Of a stretch of 64,000 nucleotides of DNA, positions 57,665 through 64,000 are shown one piece after another. The notes beneath the pieces were generated by a model. That model was not told the origin of the DNA. It did not search any database and was given only the letters and a program-made list of their open reading frames with translations. This stretch comes from Bacteroidota bacterium. Lineage in GTDB: Bacteria; Bacteroidota; Ignavibacteria; SZUA-365. How positions within the stretch are numbered: position 1 is the first letter of the stretch; every line of letters starts with the position of its first letter. Location of the stretch: contig JBATDG010000075.1 of assembly GCA_049663345.1 (NCBI GenBank), forward strand, positions 11,793-75,792, in the 5' to 3' direction. Position numbers and translations under genes: made by a program.

Positions 57665-58036
57665 ATGAACGCGCGCAAGGATCTCATACGCGAATACAAG
57701 GAACGAAAAAAGACGGCCGGGGTTTTTCAGGTGAAAAACACGGAGAATGGAAAAGTGCTCATAGGCGGCAGCCTGAATCTCGAAGGTGTGCTCAACGGAC
57801 AGAAGTTCCGTCTCGATACCGGAACCCACCGCAACGCTGCGCTGCAGGCGGAGTGGAAGTCCTTCGGTGCGGCGGCCTTCACGCTTGAAATTCTCGAGGA
57901 GGTGAAGGAGACGGACGATCCGCATTTCAATGTGGAGGACGAACTCACTCTGCTTGAAGATATCTGGCTCGAGAAACTCGAACCGTACGGGGAGCTGGGT
58001 TATAATACGCGTGGGACGAAATTTCGTCAGGTGTAA
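57665..58036 (+). CDS. GIY-YIG nuclease-family protein (standalone)
   Basis: AGVFQVKNTENGKVLIGGSLNLEGVLNGQKFRL has GIY..YIG spacing with the catalytic Arg. 123 aa. Confidence 0.6.
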   Translation: MNARKDLIREYKERKKTAGVFQVKNTENGKVLIGGSLNLEGVLNGQKFRLDTGTHRNAALQAEWKSFGAAAFTLEILEEVKETDDPHFNVEDELTLLEDIWLEKLEPYGELGYNTRGTKFRQV

Positions 58037-58044
58037 AACCCTGA

Positions 58045-58079
58045 ATAATTAGGAATTACGAATTACGAATTAGGAATTG
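58045..58079. repeat. 9-bp-unit tandem repeat (GAATTAGGA / GAATTACGA), second locus
   Basis: aattaggaattacgaattacgaattaggaattgcg lies 8 nt after the GIY-YIG stop. Same family as 18765-18810. Confidence 0.8.
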
Positions 58080-58087
58080 CGCGGGAG

Positions 58088-59416
58088 TTAGAAATGCAGT
58101 CCGAGGACAAGGCCCCAGCTGGTGCTGGTGAAGTCGATGGTTGAGGAGGAGGTGTTGATGCCGTCGAGGGGACCGAGAGTGAGGGGCGCGACGTAGACGT
58201 ATTCTGCAGTCACTCCGATGGAGAGGGTGCGGTAGAGGTCGGTGCGGAGTTCGGTGAAAATTGTTGCGCCGAAGAGCTCCTTCGAGAGGGATTCCGTGTC
58301 GGAGATGTTAAATGTGGTCGCGCCTGTGCGGTCCACCGTGGTGGCGTTGGCTTCGCCGCTGCTGAACACCACGCCTGCTCCCGCTCCCAGCAGCCAGGAA
58401 TACGGCGAGGTATGCAGCGCTCGCAGAGGTTCGACGGTGACGACCGCAAATCCTGCATCGAGCGCATTCTTCATTACCAGACGGTGCTCGAGATTGCCGG
58501 CATGGGCGGATCCCGTCTGGTATTCCGCCGATTCTGAAAGACTCATATACGCAGCGCCGATTGCGACGGAGGGAAGAATGTCGCAGGTCAGCTGGACTTT
58601 TCTGAGGAGATTGACGGGCGTGCGCTTATGGTCGTTGCCGCCAAAGGGGGAGGGAATTTCCGCAGCGAAACCCGCTGCAGTCAGGATAGAGTAAGCGCGG
58701 TCCTTCAGCAGCGGATGTACGTCGGACATCTGCAGCGTTAGATGCAGACGGGTAGGGGAATGGGTACCGCGGACCAGCGTGAGAAAACGATGCTCCTCTT
58801 CACGACGGAACCCGGGGTCCGCCGCAAAAAGGAAGTTCTCTTCCTCTGCGGTTGTCGACCTCGCGATGACATAGGTGATTCCACCCACTACGGCTGCGAC
58901 GGCAAGGTTGGAAAGTATGAAGCCCGAATAGTCGCCATGCACATCCGCGAAAAATCCCGGTCGGCTGCGCAGCGGCCATAACAAAACGTCCGATACATAA
59001 GCGCTGACAAACATTGCATGCACGGCGGCCACGGACGCCAGCTGCTGCCGCGGCAGCTGCAGCTTCAGGATGTCGGTGAACGGTACGGGGGTGGTTTTTC
59101 CTTCGGATTGCAGGTACACGGAGTCATTCCTGACTTCCCGGAGAAATCCCGATATCGGAATGTCGGTGGTCCGGTAGACGACCGTGGGCGACATGAACAT
59201 GGCAGGTGTGAGTGTGGTTTCATACCAGGCAGCTGCACCTTCTTCACCAACGTCGCTACTGTCTCCGACTGCAGCGGCGCTGATTGCAGAAGCGCTGACT
59301 GCAGCAGCGCTGACTGCGGTACCGCTTGTATCCTGCTGCGCTGCAAGCGGCAGCGTGGACGGCAGCGCAAGTAAAAGGCAGACCGACAGACGATAAATGA
59401 TAGTACGGAAATGCAT
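58088..59416 (-). CDS. hypothetical secreted protein, possibly an outer-membrane beta-barrel (C-terminal ...GLVLGLHF)
   Basis: Signal-peptide-like N-terminus. Amphipathic beta-strand-rich C-terminal half ending in an aromatic residue. Start is uncertain, with several in-frame ATGs between 59416 and 59476. Confidence 0.4.
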   Translation of the reverse strand: MHFRTIIYRLSVCLLLALPSTLPLAAQQDTSGTAVSAAAVSASAISAAAVGDSSDVGEEGAAAWYETTLTPAMFMSPTVVYRTTDIPISGFLREVRNDSVYLQSEGKTTPVPFTDILKLQLPRQQLASVAAVHAMFVSAYVSDVLLWPLRSRPGFFADVHGDYSGFILSNLAVAAVVGGITYVIARSTTAEEENFLFAADPGFRREEEHRFLTLVRGTHSPTRLHLTLQMSDVHPLLKDRAYSILTAAGFAAEIPSPFGGNDHKRTPVNLLRKVQLTCDILPSVAIGAAYMSLSESAEYQTGSAHAGNLEHRLVMKNALDAGFAVVTVEPLRALHTSPYSWLLGAGAGVVFSSGEANATTVDRTGATTFNISDTESLSKELFGATIFTELRTDLYRTLSIGVTAEYVYVAPLTLGPLDGINTSSSTIDFTSTSWGLVLGLHF

Positions 59417-59673
59417 CACACTCATGCAGGCCATCGACAGAATGCGGAGAAGCGCGGTGTTTCGGATGAATTCCATTAAGCAGATAAGAATGTCCGTAAA
59501 TATGTTGCCAAGATTGCATTAATCATGGAGAATAACAAGGGGCCCGTCTTCGTCCCGCTGCGCGGGACTACGGCGCGTTAGAGGGCGGGGCATTGGGTAA
59601 TTCGGAGGACACTGGGTGTCGCGCGTGATTCTATGCGTATCTTGAGGGATTGCGAAAAAACAGGAGGTGCCCC

Positions 59674-61059
59674 ATGCTCGACCAGCTGCTGAAGCCGGAA
59701 ATCGAAGAGCTGATTCTCTCGAAAGATTTTGATGAGCTGCAGGATGTGCTTGAAGTGTTTGAGCCGGCGGAAATCGCCGCCCTGATCGTTGAGCTGGATG
59801 AAGCGGATGCAGCGGTCCTTTTTGCGGCTTTGCCAGGAACGAAATCGCCGCAGGTGTTCGAGTATTTGCCGCACAAGGATCAGGCTGCACTGGTTGAAGA
59901 GCTGTCCGGCGATACCGGGCTTTTGTCGGAACTTCTCAACGATCTTTCCCCTGATGACCGCACCGCATTTCTTGAGGAACTCCCGCCGTCGGCAGTGCAG
60001 AGACTGCTGGGGCTGCTGGATCCGCAGGAGCGGGCCGTCGCAGTGCGCCTTCTCGGTTACGCAGAGGACAGCGTCGGCCGCCTGGTCACGACGGACTTTG
60101 TCGCCCTGCGGCCTGAGTGGACGGTTGAGGACGCGTTCCGCCAGATCCGGCGCTACGGCAGGGACAGCGAAACGATCAACGTCATCTACGTCGTGGATGA
60201 CGCCGGAAAGCTGATTGACGACATCCGCATCCGCGATCTTATTCTCGCCGATCCGCAGACTCCCGTGCGGGAACTGATGGACAACCGCTTCATCGCCCTG
60301 CAGGCTACTGATGATCAGGAAGTTGCCGTGCAGACTTTCCGTACGTATGATCGGGTTGCACTGCCTGTGGTGGATGCCGGAGGATTGCTGATCGGCATCG
60401 TTACGCATGATGACATGCTTGACGTCGCCGATGAAGAGGCGACGGAAGACATTCACAAGCTGGGAGGCAGCGAGGCGCTCGACGAGCCGTATATGAGCAC
60501 GCCGTTGTTCACTCTCGTCAAGAAGCGTGCCCGCTGGCTTGTCGTCCTTTTCCTCGGAGAAATGCTGACCGCCACCGCGATGGGGTATTTCGAAGCTGAA
60601 ATCGCCCGCGCTGTTGTGCTGGCCATGTTTGTGCCGCTGATCATTTCATCCGGGGGCAACTCCGGCAGCCAGGCGGCCAGTCTTATCATTCGCGCTCTCG
60701 CGATCGGCGAGGTCAACCTTCGGGACTGGTGGCGAGTGATGCGGCGCGAGCTGATGTCGGGACTCTCGCTGGGAATCATCCTTGGAGCGGTAGGATTTCT
60801 GCGAATAACCATCTGGGCGCAGGCTTTCGGGATGTATGGTCCCCACTGGATGCTGGTCGCGCTCGTGGTGTCGCTATCCCTCCTCGGCGTTGTGCTCTGG
60901 GGCACGCTTTCCGGCTCAATGCTTCCGCTGCTGCTGAAAAAATTAGGCGCCGATCCCGCAGTGTCATCGGCACCCTTCGTAGCCACACTCGTGGACGTGA
61001 CCGGACTCGTAATATATTTCTCCGTCGCCTCAGCCGTCCTTTCCGGAACCCTGTTGTAG
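59674..61059 (+). CDS. mgtE: magnesium transporter MgtE
   Basis: N-terminal MgtE_N domain, tandem CBS domains, C-terminal five-TM MgtE domain (FVPLIISSGGNSGSQA). ATG 59674 behind aggagg. Confidence 0.88.
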   Translation: MLDQLLKPEIEELILSKDFDELQDVLEVFEPAEIAALIVELDEADAAVLFAALPGTKSPQVFEYLPHKDQAALVEELSGDTGLLSELLNDLSPDDRTAFLEELPPSAVQRLLGLLDPQERAVAVRLLGYAEDSVGRLVTTDFVALRPEWTVEDAFRQIRRYGRDSETINVIYVVDDAGKLIDDIRIRDLILADPQTPVRELMDNRFIALQATDDQEVAVQTFRTYDRVALPVVDAGGLLIGIVTHDDMLDVADEEATEDIHKLGGSEALDEPYMSTPLFTLVKKRARWLVVLFLGEMLTATAMGYFEAEIARAVVLAMFVPLIISSGGNSGSQAASLIIRALAIGEVNLRDWWRVMRRELMSGLSLGIILGAVGFLRITIWAQAFGMYGPHWMLVALVVSLSLLGVVLWGTLSGSMLPLLLKKLGADPAVSSAPFVATLVDVTGLVIYFSVASAVLSGTLL

Positions 61060-61190
61060 TATTTCGATTCTCATCAGCCATCAGCCATCAGCCATACAGA
61101 ATGGGTACTCCCACCCATTGACAATAGCACCGCGAATGCGTTACTTACTGTGTCTCTCGCCTTGAATGAACTTATGCATAGGTGCGTCCA

Positions 61191-61544
61191 ATGAAGATTA
61201 TGGTCGTGGACGACAACGAAGATTTGCGTACGCTGCTTCGCATTCAGCTATCTGCGCTCGGTGCGAGCACGGTTATTTGTCCGGACGGAAGGGAGGCAGT
61301 TGAAATCTACAGCCGTGAGTCTCCGGACGCAGTGTTGATGGATATTGCGATGCCGGATATGAACGGTCTCGACGCGACGCAGCGCATTTGCTCCCTTGAC
61401 GAGCGCGCGTGCGTTTATATAGTGAGCGCTTACAGCGACGAGATGCTGCGCCGTGCTGCGCGTGTGGCTGGCGCGACAGGATATTATTTGAAGGACAATC
61501 TGGAGCCGCTGTTTTCTCGTTTGCGACGAGGAATCGCCCACTGA
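61191..61544 (+). CDS. single-domain response regulator (CheY-like receiver)
   Basis: KIMVVDDNEDLRTLL...VLMDIAMPDMNGLDAT has the phospho-acceptor Asp in MDIAMP context. No output domain. Confidence 0.7.
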   Translation: MKIMVVDDNEDLRTLLRIQLSALGASTVICPDGREAVEIYSRESPDAVLMDIAMPDMNGLDATQRICSLDERACVYIVSAYSDEMLRRAARVAGATGYYLKDNLEPLFSRLRRGIAH

Positions 61545-61578
61545 AATAACCGTCCTGGAAAGGGAGGGATCGTTCTGA

Positions 61579-63015
61579 CTACTGCAGCAGCAGCCAGCGC
61601 GCGGCGGCATTCCGCCCATCCGAAACGCGGCATATATACCAGCCGCGGGGGATATGGCTCAACCACAGATTCACGGCATGAACCCCTGACTGCATTTCAA
61701 CCGTCCCGATGCCATGCATCAGCTTTCCGTTGATATCGTAGAGCTCAACGCGAAGAACTGCACTTTGCGAGATCTCCAGGCTCAGCGTCACAGCATCCGT
61801 GGCGGGATTGGGCCAAATTCCGGCGAGCGAGAAGTTTGCTGGCGGGGTGGTCGCTGAAACAGATACCGGGGGCAGGAATTCCAAGGCACCAATGTCTGGT
61901 AGAAGGGCGAGCGTACGGCTGCGTGAACCGGCGGGGTGGGCGTATTCCATTACGGGGAGAAGGGGCGTTCCCTCCAGCGACCCGGCATCCACCGCGCGAT
62001 CAATCGCAGGAGAATCGAATAGCGGACGGTAATCAAAGGCTGCAGGATCGCTCAGCCGAAAGGTTGCGATGTCGGTGGAGTAAAGGTTCGCCGCAGTGTC
62101 CAGCATAACCGCACTTCCTCCGAGCATACTCGCTCTTCCTGCGAACAGATTATTTTTCACCACTACCGTGTCGATGCCGCTGCCGCTGAACGAAACAAAG
62201 GTGCCAGCCGAACGTGCAGTGGAGAATGTGTTATGCACGACGTAGAGATTGTGAACAGGATTCGTCAGCCCTTCCTGTCCGTAGCCGATCAGGTTGGAGT
62301 TCTGCGTATTCACACCGTGCACGATCACATTGCCCGCGATGACTGCGAGTCCGCCGTTCGGCAGATCGATTTCCCGGCTGGGGTTGCCGTCATCGCCGCT
62401 GGTGATGCCGTTGCAGAGAATGAATGTCCGCAGCGCGCGGCTTTTGATGTTATGGCCGACTTTCGCATGATGGATATAGGAATAGCGGATGGTGAATTCC
62501 GCTATATGGTTGATATACATGTTGTGGGAGAAACCGTCGCCGTATCCGCAGCGCGCGAATTCGGAGTACTCGATGAGAATGCGGCTCTGAGAATTGTCGC
62601 CCGCGAGAATGCCGTCTTCATTGTCATGGAAGAAGCAGCGGCGGATGGTGAGCGTAGTTCCTTCCTGGCGAATGCCAGCGCCGTTCTTGTCAGGCACCGT
62701 TGCGCCGGAAAACTCGATCCATTCCACGGTCGTGTTATTTCCCTGAATCACCCATATCGCTTTCCCTCCATAGCATTTGTCGCGTACATGCGCATAGCCG
62801 CCGATTCCGCGGATGAGGAGGTTGTGCGCGGACCACCGGCAGGCATCCACATATTCACCGGCGTCGATGGAAATTGTGTCGCCGTCCTGCGCCGCCGCCG
62901 CGGCCTGACTCGGGAGCGTCATTGTGCGTCCTGCTCCGACCTCAAGCACACGGGCCGGAAGGAGGAAGGGGATGAGGACAAGGAAAAGGAAAAGCGGCAG
63001 TATTCGAATGGTCAT
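61579..63015 (-). CDS. secreted right-handed beta-helix protein with T9SS C-terminal sorting domain
   Basis: Signal peptide MTIRILPLFLFLVLIPFLLPA. Beta-helix motifs (HDNEDGI, NNLFAG). C-terminal LAGIWPNPATDAVTLSLEI...LYDINGKLM...GWYICRV is a T9SS sorting domain. ORF-track start 63177 translates a repeat array, so the start was moved to ATG 63015. Confidence 0.7.
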   Translation of the reverse strand: MTIRILPLFLFLVLIPFLLPARVLEVGAGRTMTLPSQAAAAAQDGDTISIDAGEYVDACRWSAHNLLIRGIGGYAHVRDKCYGGKAIWVIQGNNTTVEWIEFSGATVPDKNGAGIRQEGTTLTIRRCFFHDNEDGILAGDNSQSRILIEYSEFARCGYGDGFSHNMYINHIAEFTIRYSYIHHAKVGHNIKSRALRTFILCNGITSGDDGNPSREIDLPNGGLAVIAGNVIVHGVNTQNSNLIGYGQEGLTNPVHNLYVVHNTFSTARSAGTFVSFSGSGIDTVVVKNNLFAGRASMLGGSAVMLDTAANLYSTDIATFRLSDPAAFDYRPLFDSPAIDRAVDAGSLEGTPLLPVMEYAHPAGSRSRTLALLPDIGALEFLPPVSVSATTPPANFSLAGIWPNPATDAVTLSLEISQSAVLRVELYDINGKLMHGIGTVEMQSGVHAVNLWLSHIPRGWYICRVSDGRNAAARWLLLQ

Positions 63016-63028
63016 GGGTATATCCGGG

Positions 63029-63108
63029 TTAGGGCGTAAAGAGGTAATGAGGTAAAGAGGTGAAGGGGTAAAGAGGTAAAGAGGTAAAGACGTAAAGGCG
63101 TTAGGGCG
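63029..63108. repeat. 9-bp-unit tandem repeat (GGTAAAGAG) bounded by TTAGGGCG on both sides, in the 5' leader of the T9SS beta-helix gene
   Basis: ttagggcgtaaagaggtaatgaggtaaagaggtgaaggggtaaagaggtaaagaggtaaagacgtaaaggcgttagggcg. Confidence 0.8.
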
Positions 63109-63192
63109 AAAGAACGGCCCGTAGGGGCGAACCACCTTCCAGACCTGTTCAGCTTTCCGCAACGAACGGCCGTTCAAATCGCGATGAACGCT

Positions 63193-63400
63193 CGAATTTC
63201 ACGTCGGTTCGCCCGCGTATCAGGGCACCGCAACGTTCGAATTTCGCGTCGGTTCGCCCGCGTAACGGGTCACCGCAACGTTCGAATTTCACGTCGGTTC
63301 GCCCGCGTATCAGGGCACCGCAACGTTCGAATTTCGCGTCGTTTCGCCCGCGTATCAGGGCACCGCAACGTTCGAATTTCGCGTCGGTTCGCCCGGGAGC
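63193..63400. repeat. 45-bp tandem repeat, ~5 copies (cgaatttcRcgtcggttcgcccgcgtaWcRggNcaccgcaacgtt)
   Basis: Head-to-tail units start at 63193, 63238, 63283, 63328 and 63373 (last one truncated), with 1-4 mismatches per unit and no spacers. Confidence 0.9.
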
Positions 63401-63590
63401 GCAATTTGTCATCAATATGCACGAATTGTGGAAAAAATACACCTCGCCGTTTTCTCATCAACGCTGACATCGGGGCGTCAGAATATATGAGGGTGGATAA
63501 TTTGGAATGATCGAGATTAATCTCGATCTTCAACTTATCATCCCTCACATACATATCGCTTCGGCGGAGAGTCACTAAACGGAGAATCTC

Positions 63591-64000
63591 ATGAGAGCAT
63601 TCTGGATCGTCGTCATCATACTGTTATATACCGCCCCGATTTCTGCACAAACATTGGAGGACTGTCTCGACTGTCACTCGAAGAAAACCCCGGGGATCGT
63701 ATCGGACTGGAAACTCAGCAAGCACAGTGAAAACGGTGTGGGCTGCAACGTCTGTCACGGAACCGGGCATTCTGGTATGAAGGATATTGACAAGGTGCGC
63801 ATCCCCACTCCCGAAGTATGCGCCAAATGTCACCCAACCCAGGTGTCGCAATTCACGTTGGGCAAGCATTCCATGGCATGGGCGGCATCCAGCGCCATGC
63901 CGACCGCGCACGCGCAGCCCGTTGCGATGATGTCGGGTATGAAGGGCTGCAACGGCTGCCACAAGATCGGACTGAAGACAGAAGCCGATATCAGGAAGCT
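63591..64000 (+). CDS. multi-heme c-type cytochrome, N-terminal part (3' end outside window)
   Basis: ATG 63591 behind ggag. Signal peptide MRAFWIVVIILLYTAPISAQ. Four CxxCH heme-binding motifs within 130 aa (CLDCH, CNVCH, CAKCH, CNGCH). Not in the ORF track because no stop falls inside the window. Confidence 0.7.
   Translation, partial: MRAFWIVVIILLYTAPISAQTLEDCLDCHSKKTPGIVSDWKLSKHSENGVGCNVCHGTGHSGMKDIDKVRIPTPEVCAKCHPTQVSQFTLGKHSMAWAASSAMPTAHAQPVAMMSGMKGCNGCHKIGLKTEADIRK

Noticed and set aside
61073-61098. ATCAGCC x3 heptamer repeat 14 nt after the mgtE stop
   Set aside because: Too short (21 bp) to call a distinct element with confidence. I note it only because it shares the 'repeat immediately after stop codon' placement with the 9-bp arrays.
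63184-63510. Possible CRISPR array (regular ~45-bp repeats) and two reciprocal ORFs (63149-63442 minus, 63184-63510 plus) encoding Arg-rich 15-aa repeat peptides
   Set aside because: Units abut directly with no spacers, so this is a tandem repeat and not a CRISPR array. The ORFs are open in both directions simply because 45 is a multiple of 3 and the unit has no stop codon. No RBS or other coding signals are present.

Overview
This is a high-GC (~60%) bacterial chromosomal segment, most likely from the Fibrobacteres-Chlorobi-Bacteroidetes (FCB) group. I base that lineage guess on many type IX secretion (T9SS) C-terminal sorting-domain proteins and a Bacteroidetes-style TAnnTTTG promoter box. 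The first ~20 kb is a complete, tightly coupled division/cell-wall (dcw) cluster: mraZ-rsmH-ftsL-ftsI-murE-murF-mraY-murD-ftsW-murG-[small membrane protein with a bacterial PH domain]-murC-murB-ftsQ-ftsA-ftsZ. It is preceded by the 3' end of purA and a DUF1611 gene, and its leader carries an MraZ-box-like array of GTGGG repeats. The remaining ~44 kb is accessory-like. It holds five T9SS cargo genes (beta-helix, BNR/sortilin-like, FG-GAP, Fn3-like). It also holds an RND efflux pair without an outer-membrane factor, a tail-fibre/S74-chaperone protein coupled to a T9SS cargo gene, and two tandemly duplicated lipoprotein paralogs. Other genes include an S9 peptidase, a 1040-aa modular-repeat secreted protein, a transglutaminase-like/Zn-phospholipase-C-like fusion protein, two VOC proteins, DUF1801, DUF2279, an EamA transporter, a HigB/HigA toxin-antitoxin pair and a START-like SRPBCC protein. 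There is a 769-aa AAA+ ATPase, a compositionally foreign (~42% GC) hybrid histidine kinase, a WYL-domain regulator, a TMEM175-like channel, a GIY-YIG protein, MgtE, a single-domain response regulator and the 5' end of a multi-heme cytochrome c. Non-coding features include REP-like hairpins (AACGCACAGCGCCC...GGGCGCTGTG), several 9-bp-unit tandem repeat arrays sitting right after stop codons, 37-, 45- and 57-bp tandem repeats, and a TGTCA-N5-TGACA palindrome. The palindrome occurs upstream of both the WYL regulator gene and the AAA+ ATPase gene, so I propose a WYL-controlled module, but this is untested. I could run no homology searches or RNA-gene scans, so all product calls rest on motifs I recognise, and several ORF-track starts were re-placed by hand. 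Long antisense ORFs in the provided track are treated as high-GC artefacts.
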